Shown: in pieces, positions 45,801 through 55,900 of the stretch
Position numbering within the stretch: the first letter of the stretch is position 1
Layout of the letters: every line of letters begins with the position of its first letter
Virus record (IMG/VR): IMGVR_UViG_3300028920_000035
Location: 1 to 64,000 of that record
Strand: one strand, 5' to 3'
Length of the DNA stretch: 64,000 bases
Origin: a virus
The notes under the pieces: model-generated
Databases searched by the model: none
What the model saw: only the letters and a program-made list of their open reading frames with translations
Told to the model about the DNA's origin: nothing
Program-made: the position numbers and the translations under genes

Positions 45801-48690
45801 TGACTATTTGCTCGTCGAGGCTGCGGTTTACGACCCTGAAATGGATTGGACCGAGCTGACTCTCGCCAGCAACGGGTACCAACAGTACGAGCCGGGAACC
45901 CATACCCTGTTGCGCACGGTACGACCTGTGCTCCCGACGCCCACGGGCTCGGCCACCACCAATCTGACGCCTCTGCTTGCCGATCCGAGCCCCGACGATC
46001 CTGTGCTCCCCGAGCCCCCGGTGACGGTTTATCGCAAAATCCCTGGCCAGGTGGGGGAGGTTCTGACCGCTCCCGAGCAGTACGCCATCGACGATGCTGG
46101 TACGGTGACCCTAGTGGACCCCCTTGCCGTAGGGGAGTCAATCGAGCTGCTCTATGTGGGGATTCAAACCGTAGAAGCTGGTCGTAAGTTGCGAGCCACC
46201 TACGTCCACGGGCTGGTGCCTACCGAGACGAATGGGCTGCTCGACCAGACCCTCAAGATGACCTACCAAGCGTACCTCCCTGACACGTTCTATTGGAGGG
46301 TTGATGTGATGGACGCTTTCAGGGCGGAGTTACGGGACCAATACAGCAGCGACGCCACGGGGTCCTTGCCCACGGCGGGTCCTGTCTTGGAGAACTCTTC
46401 AGAACCACGCTTGTACGAGCAAGGGCGGGAATCGGTTTACTTCACCGAACGTCGGCTTTCGAATGAGGACATCGTATCGCGAGGCACTCTCGTGGCCTAC
46501 AACGACGCGATCAACCTCGTCGAGGATGCCCTCCAACACGCGGATGGTCGGGTCGTGGGCGACCATGATGGACGCTTCTTGTTCGATGGGTCTTTGGTCA
46601 ACCCGCCCCGGGCATCGTTTGCCGCTGCTACCAATCAGATCGACGACTTGATCCAGCTCATCCCGAGCGTCCCAGCCTTCCTGCGCGCGGCGGCTTTCGT
46701 GCGCGCGGCGTACAAGGCCGCTCCTACGAGCCGGTTCTTTCCCACCCAACGCAACCTGTTTGCTGAAGCTGCGGTCAGCTCTCCTGAGATCGGGGACCCT
46801 ATTGCCGACATCGGCTATGAGAACCTCACAGGGGTGGGGTCCGTCAGCGACCGCTTGGCGTGGGGGGTGGTGACTGAGCTTGCCCCCATTGGCCAATTCT
46901 ACGTCTACGTTGACGAAACCGGCGGTTTAGCTGACCTTTTGAGACCCTCCTTTTCCGTGGGCGACCGAGTGGCTGTCATCAGTCAGAGTGGCTCGACCAT
47001 CGTTTCGGACGCCTCTCCCTTGGTGGTGACAGGTGTTCCCAGTTCAACTCGCTTGAACCTTAGTGCCCCCCTCACTTCTGAGGTTCCGGTGGGAGCCACG
47101 GTGCGACATGCCATCGGCGACTTCACATCCGGGGGCGGGAACGTCCAGCCGCAACAGTATCCTGTAGGCATCAGCGTTGCGCTCAACTTGGAGCTGGGGA
47201 TGCTGACCTACTTCGAGCTGTTGGCAAGTTTCTTCTCGTCAACGCCCCCCTCCCCTCAAGACGGGGACCCTCTGGACTTTACAGGGGTTGGGGTTCCAGT
47301 TCCCTACACAGCGCCCGAGCGATTCCCAGCGCTCGATGGGGCCACGACCGATGATGACGGGAACCGCGGATTCCCTATCCTCACTCCCCAGATCGAGAGT
47401 GAAGAGGGGCGGGGCCTTGGACACCTGTCTATTGAATATGCCCTGCTTGCGGACATTCTGTCTCACGCTACAGAGGTCTACGATTCGCAGGGGGGCTTGA
47501 ACGGTACGGGCACGGTCTTGACCAACCTCAATGGGAACTGGCCCAACCCTCAACCGGCAATTGGGGACCTCGTGCGAACCCTCAATGGGGTCAATGGGTT
47601 ATCGACTTTCCGGCGCATTCAGGCGGTAGGTGCTTCGACCGTGACCCTGATCGACACCCTTGCCTTTGACACGGGGTTCGATTTCCAGCTTGTGCGGGGG
47701 TCCACCATTGCTATGGGGTCCGGAACCGTCAGCGGCACTATCTTGACCGATGTCACTGCGGCATTCCAGACCAACGTACGCGTGGGGCACACCGTCGTGG
47801 TCTACCAGTCGGCGTCTAGTACCCGGCGGCGGCAAGTAGTCGCGGTTCTTTCTCAGACCCAGTTGCAGCTGAGCGCCTCAACGTTCAGTGGGGTCGTTAC
47901 CTACCGGGTCACCAATGCCATCTCGACCTACGGAGGTGCTGCGGGTTCTGAGACAGACCGTTTGGCCGAGGCACTTGACGGCCAACTGCGAGTGCTCCGA
48001 GACAACTCTTCTCCCAAGGCCCAGCAACCCGCTTTGGAAGGTTTTTTTGACGCTGTGTTTACAGATGTGGTGCCTACGGGGGGTTCGGCAACGGTTGCCG
48101 GGACTGACGAGTTGTCGGACCCCACCCGCAACTTCCCTGCGTTGGGAGTCGAAGGGGGGCACTTCGTCTTCATCCGCAGTGGCAGCGTGGCGGGGACCTA
48201 CCAGATCCTGGAGATCCTGGACCCCAACACCCTGAGGGTTGATCGCAGCTTTCCCACGGGCGCCACGGGGGTTACCTACTCGATTCGCGAAACCACCTTG
48301 GTTACCTTGGCGAGCCTGCAATCTATCCATGAGGTGCTTTTGCGAGTGGATGCCGCCATCTCGAGTGTCGGGGTCTTCAGGTCTTTGGTTATGACAACGG
48401 TGACTGTAGCAGGGGATTCCAATGCCTTTGCCCTGGCTTGGAGGGGAACCGACCTGGTGGCACGGCAAGGTGTGGTTTCCGTTCGTTTGAATGAGGTAGT
48501 GTCGGACGTTTCGACGCTGGAAGGAGCCCTCAGCTCAGGGGACCGACTTTATGATCGGAGGTATACATGGATCGACGCGAGGATCAACCTGGAGACGGGG
48601 ATCATCGTCCGACAGGAACGAGCGGTAGAGAAGCGGGAGAAGACCCTGGAAGAGGCAAAGAGTCAGATCATCAAGCTGGTGACGACGTAA
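42835..48690 (+). CDS. Very large baseplate/tail structural protein
   Basis: 1951 aa, beta-rich, recurrent GTVxxxxxTGxLNF and L.D....F...GVxxGDxxxIxSG...GxYxI modules; baseplate context. Confidence 0.7.
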   Translation: MGLQFGGYVLEAPRVGQRNAAFTWTPDNYIADQSAFDVAYPQDQSVPRTDYLVVVLQDGDLTDAVFGWTKNEELSRFDYQGQQGAFLPLPGGPPDEVGVLTTDANTTRLSVLAPQLSDLGSYPVRMGLGALPGTTFTVALVLNDSLLNNPSPAMGTVQISQESGALGWAPSDLLTYAGLDVWFQRQTFFKFDDQMTLGEIEEALVLNPLPATGQHPQIRIGFQPYLTAVEVTSFGSPTSGTVEWDRNTGQLNFNTSDITSNPGAPVYYDGVLLAVDLTVQISNHGTVGSPGSVSLPLPPYASDVYFRAVGVLSTQFSETVRSDTAVTPKRGQVVLLDSGALSTSSVDQSVYGSSTLQMVVPDLTVERGLKLRLFRSPGDPGATDPSIKDVSSLYFTENAVLADPIIASPQVVLPQTPLDNISLEVKLFTESGEQALDRLDVLPLPGGSEVLGYVLDFEEQALLYARLRRDVEVDPGQTYTMAQLPDALIRPQNLSLELQAIPGGSYVALAEGSDFILDYLSGVVTLTQSSSELVSKGTGATLTGTTLVDPDGTLVADGVQQGDVLLVRSGAAVGVYTIDTVGSDLLANLVETVTNPASSVAYKIWRGSETLVDRYWREIPPVDPNTKVERLVSLGSTQNSPRLSIPLGFINRTRFRFGTDRWATHVLLVSTFSPPASLQQGRVEILETTGELNFSSQDLGETVFWSRELVLGTDYSLQPPLGFIEFSERFLESEEAFLTYGYVGEDDSVTIIEERAAFLVRKEICTHTGSDRVTFNPLGRELAEAPTVEVFRGGRPQQVGIQVEVDLDSSTIIFQPDSQVTDALPHGNVLEPDENVYIDYYIHQAIGGERDVTVIQRPMAGVTIVIDDEATEFTLQGDRTSDFQADHLLQVDGSQVYMIGTVTYDSGDGVTTVTLAGGAFRDDFLNPPLVTTSGPTSLSSSPGNPTYFIAEVAAFTTTPRGSNLVRLVGDRASSYEQGTVIHFTGAGAYDYLLVEAAVYDPEMDWTELTLASNGYQQYEPGTHTLLRTVRPVLPTPTGSATTNLTPLLADPSPDDPVLPEPPVTVYRKIPGQVGEVLTAPEQYAIDDAGTVTLVDPLAVGESIELLYVGIQTVEAGRKLRATYVHGLVPTETNGLLDQTLKMTYQAYLPDTFYWRVDVMDAFRAELRDQYSSDATGSLPTAGPVLENSSEPRLYEQGRESVYFTERRLSNEDIVSRGTLVAYNDAINLVEDALQHADGRVVGDHDGRFLFDGSLVNPPRASFAAATNQIDDLIQLIPSVPAFLRAAAFVRAAYKAAPTSRFFPTQRNLFAEAAVSSPEIGDPIADIGYENLTGVGSVSDRLAWGVVTELAPIGQFYVYVDETGGLADLLRPSFSVGDRVAVISQSGSTIVSDASPLVVTGVPSSTRLNLSAPLTSEVPVGATVRHAIGDFTSGGGNVQPQQYPVGISVALNLELGMLTYFELLASFFSSTPPSPQDGDPLDFTGVGVPVPYTAPERFPALDGATTDDDGNRGFPILTPQIESEEGRGLGHLSIEYALLADILSHATEVYDSQGGLNGTGTVLTNLNGNWPNPQPAIGDLVRTLNGVNGLSTFRRIQAVGASTVTLIDTLAFDTGFDFQLVRGSTIAMGSGTVSGTILTDVTAAFQTNVRVGHTVVVYQSASSTRRRQVVAVLSQTQLQLSASTFSGVVTYRVTNAISTYGGAAGSETDRLAEALDGQLRVLRDNSSPKAQQPALEGFFDAVFTDVVPTGGSATVAGTDELSDPTRNFPALGVEGGHFVFIRSGSVAGTYQILEILDPNTLRVDRSFPTGATGVTYSIRETTLVTLASLQSIHEVLLRVDAAISSVGVFRSLVMTTVTVAGDSNAFALAWRGTDLVARQGVVSVRLNEVVSDVSTLEGALSSGDRLYDRRYTWIDARINLETGIIVRQERAVEKREKTLEEAKSQIIKLVTT

Positions 48691-48833
48691 AGGAACGACC
48701 ACAGTGGGAGTATCGCGAGCGCTTCAAGGTTCAGGATCGGATGGGGGACGTCGTCCGCAAAACCATCGACGCCTCGAAGCACGAGCTGGATCGCCTGCGC
48801 AAGAGATTGCGGAAGATGCAGTATGGGAGCTGA
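48567..48833 (+). CDS. Small basic coiled-coil protein (start uncertain)
   Basis: Fills the 48691-48836 gap (QWEYRERFKVQDRM...ELDRLRKRLRKMQYGS); only ATGs are 48567 (124-nt overlap) and 48741. Confidence 0.5.
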   Translation: MDRREDQPGDGDHRPTGTSGREAGEDPGRGKESDHQAGDDVKERPQWEYRERFKVQDRMGDVVRKTIDASKHELDRLRKRLRKMQYGS

Positions 48834-48836
48834 CTC

Positions 48837-51029
48837 TTGGCTGATTGGAAAGCACTTGAGCTGAAGGCCCCGGGCAAAGACCTCCTGAAGCCCGTCCGTT
48901 CGATCCTGGAGGTTCTACTCATTTTCCTCGACGTGTTGAGGACTATCCTCAACACCGTCAAGGTGCTTCTGATCGACTTCGGCAACCCTATCCGGGCGTT
49001 GGTCGAAGCGCTCATCAAGCTCATCGAGGAGCTGATTGCTTCTCTGCAAACGACAGGGGTCTTTGCCTACTACGACATCCCCAACCCTTTAGAAGACCCC
49101 AACTTCGATCGCTACCATGGGGGGTTCCCCCACTTCCTTGGCAAGTGGAAGGGTTCCTTGATGGACCAGCAGGACCCTAATCGGCCGCAGCCACGGGGGT
49201 CGAGCACGCAGAGCGGGTTCATCATCATCGCGGTCGATGCCCACGACCCCTTCACCCTGCTGGAGCGCATCAGCCAACTCTTGCGCTTCTTCTCGAAGGA
49301 GCTGACCAAGCCACGGTATGCGGCTCCTGCGGGCTTTCGGGCTTTCCCTGTGGGTGCTGAGGAAGAAGACCCCATCACGGCGTTGGCCGACGTGTTCGGC
49401 AACAGCCCCATCAGCGCTATCGAGTTGAAGTGGGAGCTGCCCACGACCAAGGAAGTGCCCGACCCAGGCTTCACGGATCTTGTGAGCCGCGTGGGTGCCG
49501 ACTTCATCCCGCCCAAGTGGTTGGTCGAACGTGCCGAAACACCTCTCAGCGCCGAACTGGACGTGTCGGGGAGCCAGCCCAACCAGGTTGACCTGACCAC
49601 CCTCAACGCTACGAGCAACGCCGGAAAGTGTGTCTTCACAGTCGATAGTGGGTACAGCTTGCCAGGTGAGTTAAATGAATCCGCTCTCATCAAGCAGCAG
49701 CTGCTTGATGAGACGGGCGAGCAGGTCCTCAAGTTCGACAAGGTGGAGGTTCTGGAACGGGACAGCCTCGAAGGCTTGCTTGGGCAACTGGGGACGTTCC
49801 GGTACATTGACCGCGACATCGAGTTGGACAAGACCTACTTCTACCGCCTCCGCGCCTTCACGGGGCCCTTGAAGGTCGAGGATGGTGCTATTCAGTGGCG
49901 GCAAGCGGCCGTCGTCCTGGGTCAGGATACCCGGCTGCCAACGGTGCGCTGGCCCGCAGAGGACCCGACCAAGGCCGTGATCATGGGCGATCCTTCGCAA
50001 ATCGTCTCGGTCATCGTCCCTGACGTAGGTGACTTCGATGTTTTGGAGCACCTGAAGCGCATCTATCAGGCGGCGTTCTCACATGACTTCCATCTGCCCT
50101 TGCCAGATGACGCTGAGTTCGACAAGAACGGGGAGCCTGTTTCGGGCACCGACCCCGACGCCGTGGGCAAAGGCTCGTTACGCAATCGAGCGGGGGTCCT
50201 GGGTGCTTTCCGGTCGATTGGGCTCCTTGAGCAGTACCTTCAGGCTCAGGGCCCCGACTCCACCATCACGACTCTTTCCGAGCCCAAGATGCCGTGGGAG
50301 CTGTCAAAGGTACGGCGTGCGGCGGCGCGTTTGGCCAACGTCGTAGCTCAGGCAATGCTGGGCGGGACGAGTGCTTCGGTCGAGCAGTTCCGAACGCTCA
50401 TGACGGGCTCGTTCCCCAAGCAGCCTCCTCCGTTGCAGGGATCGGGGGACCCCTTCGACGACCTTTCGACGATGGTGTTCGAGCTGACGGGTATTGACGA
50501 CGACGGTGTGGCTACTTCAGCCGCACGGTCCCTTTATGCCTACAGCTATAACTACACGCGAACGCGCATCAATCTGCTCTACGTCGTGGACTACCTCAAC
50601 GGGTTCGCCTTACAAGGGGAGCCCCCAAACTGGATCTCAGTGCAGCCTTTGCGGGACATCATCCCGTGGTCGGCGCAGTTCCTGTATGACCTGCTTGACA
50701 AGATCGAGGCCCTGCTAGCGGCCTACTCCGGTCTGATGAAGGAGATTGAGAATTTCATTGATTTGCTGATTCGCAAGATCGAGACCCTGGAGCGATTTAT
50801 TCAATTCCTGCTCGATATTCTCAACTTGATCGAGTCTCTTCAGATCGGAGCCTACCTGCTGTCCGCGCCTGAAGCGGGCGGCACCGTCTATGATTGGTGG
50901 GAGGTCGTGGACAACGCGGGTGGAATACAGCCTTCTACCGGACCCGGCGGCTACTCGGCGGGCGTGTCGTTTGCCTGGGTGGCTACCGACATTGGAGCCT
51001 TTGTCACCGCCTTTAAGCAGATCTTCTGA
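48837..51029 (+). CDS. Putative baseplate structural protein (helical ends, Fn3-like middle)
   Basis: 730 aa, TTG start; amphipathic helices at both ends; YIDRDIELDKTYFYRLRAF is Fn3-like. Confidence 0.65.
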   Translation: MADWKALELKAPGKDLLKPVRSILEVLLIFLDVLRTILNTVKVLLIDFGNPIRALVEALIKLIEELIASLQTTGVFAYYDIPNPLEDPNFDRYHGGFPHFLGKWKGSLMDQQDPNRPQPRGSSTQSGFIIIAVDAHDPFTLLERISQLLRFFSKELTKPRYAAPAGFRAFPVGAEEEDPITALADVFGNSPISAIELKWELPTTKEVPDPGFTDLVSRVGADFIPPKWLVERAETPLSAELDVSGSQPNQVDLTTLNATSNAGKCVFTVDSGYSLPGELNESALIKQQLLDETGEQVLKFDKVEVLERDSLEGLLGQLGTFRYIDRDIELDKTYFYRLRAFTGPLKVEDGAIQWRQAAVVLGQDTRLPTVRWPAEDPTKAVIMGDPSQIVSVIVPDVGDFDVLEHLKRIYQAAFSHDFHLPLPDDAEFDKNGEPVSGTDPDAVGKGSLRNRAGVLGAFRSIGLLEQYLQAQGPDSTITTLSEPKMPWELSKVRRAAARLANVVAQAMLGGTSASVEQFRTLMTGSFPKQPPPLQGSGDPFDDLSTMVFELTGIDDDGVATSAARSLYAYSYNYTRTRINLLYVVDYLNGFALQGEPPNWISVQPLRDIIPWSAQFLYDLLDKIEALLAAYSGLMKEIENFIDLLIRKIETLERFIQFLLDILNLIESLQIGAYLLSAPEAGGTVYDWWEVVDNAGGIQPSTGPGGYSAGVSFAWVATDIGAFVTAFKQIF

Positions 51030-51805
51030 TGGCAACGTTCAACTTCCTCGGCACCTTCAACAGAGCACAGTTTGGTCGCCTGGTGGCATTCGTGCGACCC
51101 CAGATGTCGCAGATCGACCGTCGTCTCCAACACCTCAATGCCGAGTTGAATCGAGTAGGACGGGTCGAGTTCCAGTACGACCCCGAGACCAAGGAACCCA
51201 CCGCCTACGTTGCTGAGCCCGAGGGGTCATATCTGTACCGCTTGGTGGCCTGCTACGAGGTGCTTGGTGGCAACCCTTTCATCGATCTGCGCACCCGCAG
51301 CACGGCGCAGGCGGTTTTCATCCGCAAGGGTGACGAGACCGTGAGCCCCACGACCTTGAGCAATGGTGAGGCCCTGCCCGGGAAGGGCCTCAGTGATGGT
51401 CCTAGCGGGGAACTCGTTCGACGCATGAAGGAATGGACCGAGGTCATTTTGGAACGTCGTTTTGGGCGTCTGGAACGTCGTATCCGGCGGACTCTCGACT
51501 ATGCGGATCAGCTTGAAGCAGAGATTGCTCTGTTGGAGACGGCGAGGTCGAGCCCGACGCGCGGATTCGAGAAGACTGTGCAGGATCTCGAACAGCTTCT
51601 CAACGACCCCAACTACCGCGCGATTACGCCCGACAGTGACCCCTTCGGCTTTCTGACCTACGCTCCCTATTCCTCCTATGATGTGGCTCAATCGTCCACT
51701 GACGACGGTCAACCGATTGACCCCAACCAGCTCGTGGAGCGGGAAGCCACCGTCCCTCAGCGCCAGGATGGCGTGATCATCAAACCCGGCCAGAAATCGA
51801 CGTGA
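51029..51805 (+). CDS. Hypothetical virion protein
   Basis: 258 aa, coupled on both sides. Confidence 0.75.
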   Translation: MATFNFLGTFNRAQFGRLVAFVRPQMSQIDRRLQHLNAELNRVGRVEFQYDPETKEPTAYVAEPEGSYLYRLVACYEVLGGNPFIDLRTRSTAQAVFIRKGDETVSPTTLSNGEALPGKGLSDGPSGELVRRMKEWTEVILERRFGRLERRIRRTLDYADQLEAEIALLETARSSPTRGFEKTVQDLEQLLNDPNYRAITPDSDPFGFLTYAPYSSYDVAQSSTDDGQPIDPNQLVEREATVPQRQDGVIIKPGQKST

Positions 51806-52935
51806 GCTACGATCGCAAAATTGATCACACTTGCCCACACTTCGTCCGCGATGAGATGCTCTTTGTGGAGTCGGACCGTCGTACGTTCAAACCCTTCCGC
51901 CCCATCTCGGCCATTAACTCGGTTTCTCTTCGTGTCGATGGGATCGCTTCGGTTCCTTCGACCGGCCTGCTGAATGCCGCCACACTCACAGGCAACCGCC
52001 CAGAGCCCTTCAACATCACGTCTGGCAGCGACAAGCTCGTCTTGAGCGTCGATGGGGGCCCTGACCAGACGCTCACGGCGGTGACTGGCAAGGGCCTCAG
52101 CGCCATTCAGATCGTCCGTTCGCTCCAACATCAGGTCAGCGGCATCGAGGTCGTCCAAGTAGGGCGGAAGGTCGGCATCCGTTCGCGCACCAAGGGCCAG
52201 CAGGCTCGCGTACAGACGCGCGGCGGTGGGCTAGGCCCAGTGCTCGGCATCCTCAACAATCGCGTTTTCAGAGGCCAGCAGGCGATACCTGGGTGGTCCC
52301 TGGTCTACGACCCCAACACCGAGCTCAGCCGCCCGACCCGGCTCATCGTGTTCGACAGGGAATTGCCCGGGTACGCGAGCTACATCGAGGTCGACTACTC
52401 GACCATTCGCGAGGAGTGTCGTCGCTGTGGCGGTCTTGGGGTCGAGAACGATTGGCGGTACGGCGGTACGGGAGAGGTCACACAAGTGACCAACGAAGTG
52501 CTCCTGCTTCAAGAATTCCAGAAATTCTGCTTCACTCTGTTGGGGTCCAATCCCTTCAACAGTTGGTACGGGACAGAGATTCTGAACGCGGTGGGCAAGA
52601 AGCTGTCCGATGCCGCTTTGCTCCAGAACTTCATCTTGACCGACATCTACGAAGGGTTTCGACGCTGGCAGTCGATCAAGAAGCAGCAGGAGGAAACGGT
52701 TGGGCAGGAAGTGTCTGACGAGGAATTCCCTTTGCGTCTGGTCAATGTGACAATGCAGCTCAGCCAACAGGATCCGACGGTCGTCTTCGTCAACGTCGTC
52801 ATCCAGAGCCGGTCGCTAAAAGAGGTACAGTTCGAGCGAGGCATCCGGCTACCTCAACCGCTCGACGTCATGGGTTCTACGGCTCAGGAAGGTGTGTTCC
52901 GTGAGTCAATCAACCGCGCAAGGTTGGTGGGGTAA
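51802..52935 (+). CDS. Baseplate wedge / sheath-initiator (gp25-like C-domain)
   Basis: 377 aa; LLLQEFQKFCFTLLGSNPFNSWYGTEI...QDPTVVFVNVVIQS is gp25-like; directly before the baseplate-J-like gene. Confidence 0.65.
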   Translation: MSYDRKIDHTCPHFVRDEMLFVESDRRTFKPFRPISAINSVSLRVDGIASVPSTGLLNAATLTGNRPEPFNITSGSDKLVLSVDGGPDQTLTAVTGKGLSAIQIVRSLQHQVSGIEVVQVGRKVGIRSRTKGQQARVQTRGGGLGPVLGILNNRVFRGQQAIPGWSLVYDPNTELSRPTRLIVFDRELPGYASYIEVDYSTIREECRRCGGLGVENDWRYGGTGEVTQVTNEVLLLQEFQKFCFTLLGSNPFNSWYGTEILNAVGKKLSDAALLQNFILTDIYEGFRRWQSIKKQQEETVGQEVSDEEFPLRLVNVTMQLSQQDPTVVFVNVVIQSRSLKEVQFERGIRLPQPLDVMGSTAQEGVFRESINRARLVG

Positions 52936-52938
52936 AGC

Positions 52939-55900
52939 ATGGCAACGGCACCGCAAATCGACCTACGTGACGGCAGTGGCGATACCGCCCAGGCGGTTGA
53001 GTTCTCGACCAATCAGGACTTCGTTTCCCTGACTGGCATGGTGACCACCAACACGGTCGACCTTCAAGTCGCCATCAACAGCTCGACCTTCGTTTCCGAC
53101 CCGACGCTTGTGAAGCTCGATGGGGCAAACTTCACGGTCCCCAACCCGGACCTGATGCCAGACGGGATTCCTCTAGATTCTGGGATCAACACTATCCAAC
53201 TGCGGGCCATCGACATCAGCGGGGGGGTCAGTGCGCCTTCCACGGCTCAGGTGAGCCGCATCACTCTGGACCGGAACGTCGAGGATCTAATTCCAACCGG
53301 GGTCCGCCTGCGCCGCCGTCGGGATTCAGTGCAAATTCTTTGCACTCAGCAGAGCACCGCGTCCGTGGGAGACCAGCCTGATGACCTGGAGTTCCGGGGG
53401 TTCAACTTCTACGCCTCGACCGCGCCCGGGGGCACAACCGGCTACTACAAGGTTAACAGAACGCCCGTCACGGACATTGACACCATCGAGGAAGATTTCT
53501 ACCCGTTGGACGGCGGGGAAATCGAAACGACCTGGAGCCCGACGGGTAACTACATCCGCATCGAGGTGACGGAGGTCGATGAGTTCGGTGTCGAGCTGCA
53601 CCGACATGTGGACTCCACCCTCAATGCGCGCATGGTCGAGTCCGACCTGAAGTTCACGTCTGAGTTGACGGGCATCACCCGGACGGATTTTGCAGCCTTC
53701 ATTCACAATCGCAATGGCGGGTCGAACATCATCAACTCCGACCTGTTTCTCGGAGTCCCTGACTCAGATCCTCTCTACTATGTCGTGGCCGGTGTCTACT
53801 ACGACCCCGTTGTCAACGTCGAGTTTGAGTCGCCCTACAGTCAGGAGCTGGTTGGCAAGCCTCATGTTATCGACACCGCCATTCGGGACCTGCCAGGACG
53901 CCGGCAGATTGATGTGGTGGTGGACTATGTGGATGCAGTGCAGCGGGTCAACACCGAGATCGCACTCATTCCGGGCTCGACGACGCGCGACGTGAGCATC
54001 GACCCGTTCGCCAGCGAGGTCGAACGTATCTGGTTCCTACTTGACTTCGTGCACCGCAGCCAGTCATTCCTGACCCTGCTTCAGATCGACGATGTGAACA
54101 ACGACGGGGTGAGTGATCCTGTGCGCAATAGCGCCTATAAGCAGGCGCTCAAGGCCGCTCTGGGGTACACCAACGATCAGGCTGTCCAGAACCTGATTGA
54201 CACCCAGTTCGAGAAGCTCGCCTCGAATTTCGACAAAGCCCGCCTCTCCGGGCGTGCGGCCATCGGCGAGGTCGTCTTCTACACGGCGACAAGACCCGTT
54301 GAGGACAAGACCATTGCCACGGGCACTGTCGTCTCGACCGATTCTGACAACGGCACCGCCTCACGCTTCATCGTCGGTGGTACGTTCGTCATGTTGGCGG
54401 CCAATGCTGACGCCTACTACAATTTTGACACCCAACGGTACGAGATTGTTGCGGACGTCGTTGCCGAGTCTCCTGGCTCAGCTGGCAACCGCCCCGCCAA
54501 CACGATCAAGAACGTCCAGGGTGATGTCGGCGGGCTTAGTGTTACCAACACTGAAGCCACCGTCTTCGGGCGCAATCGGGAAAGCAACCACGACCTGGCA
54601 ATTCGAGCCCAGTTGGGCTTCAGTTCCGTCGATACCGGTACCGAGGGTGGCTACCTCGAAACGAGTGCCAACCAGGTTGGCGTCATCAAGAGCAAGGTTG
54701 TCAAGAGTGGCGACCCCTTGATGATGCGCGACTGGGACCCTATTCGAGTCAAGCACATCGGTGGCAAGGTCGATGTCTGGGTCCAAGGGCTCAAAGAGCG
54801 CACGGTTACCGACACCTTTGCCTTCACCTTCGACATCGCTCGGGACATTCGCTGCGACATCATCGATGTAGCCAACCTCACCTTCCGTGTCCAAGACTCG
54901 CGCGTGACGGAGGACACTCCCATCATCGAGATTCTGGATAACCTGACCCAAGGGTTGGGCGTCCGCAACGTGACCGCGGCAGCGAACTACGACCTCTCGG
55001 GGGTCACCATCCTCGATTACAACACCTTCCAGCTCAACACGAGCATTCCACAGCCAACCACGGCCATCGACGACGTGATCACGGCGGACTACCGGTTTCG
55101 CAGCATCAACCAGTTCATCTTCACGCTTCAGCCCGTACGGCGCGTCATCTCAGTCGTCGGCGAGACTTCGGGTGCCCTCGACCCCTTGCTAGGGTATGAC
55201 CTCTACAAGACGGATGACCCCCTACTCGATGGGGAGTCCACCATTGCCCAGAATTACCTCGTCATCAACCAGGTGGGCGGGATTCCGAGTGGCGACACGG
55301 TTCCCGTCAACGACGAGACCCATGTTCTCATCGGCTTCTTCGAGGAGCCCTTGGCGAGCGTCGGTATCAACACTGCCACGTTACGTATTTTCAACGAAGA
55401 GCGCACGGTCGAGTACAATGGTCCCGATGCGACCGTTCCTGACTACGACATCGTAGGCGGAACTCCCACAACCCCTATTCGCGTCGTGCGGACCAATGAC
55501 TCACAGATTGTCAGCGGCGAAACCGTGAGCGTCGACTATGAGCATGACGAGAACTTCGTCGTGACCTATGTGGTCAACGACTTGCTTCAGGAGCTGCAAG
55601 CGACCTTCAACCAACAGCGACACATTACGGCGGATGTGCTTGCCAAACAGGCGGTCGAGAACGAGCTCGTTCTCGAGACCTCGGTTCAGCTCAATCCTGG
55701 CGCCAAAAAAGACAAGGCTGACCCAGCCATCCGCTCAAATGTGTCGGTCGAGCTGAACAGCCGCACCATCGGGCAGGGAGTCGCCCAATCGGACGTGATC
55801 CAGTCCATTGACGCCACGGAGGGGGTGGACTTCCAGGTTCTGCCGCTTGCCAAGATGGGGTACTCCGATGGATCCGTGAAGCTCCGGGAAGGAGTTCGTA

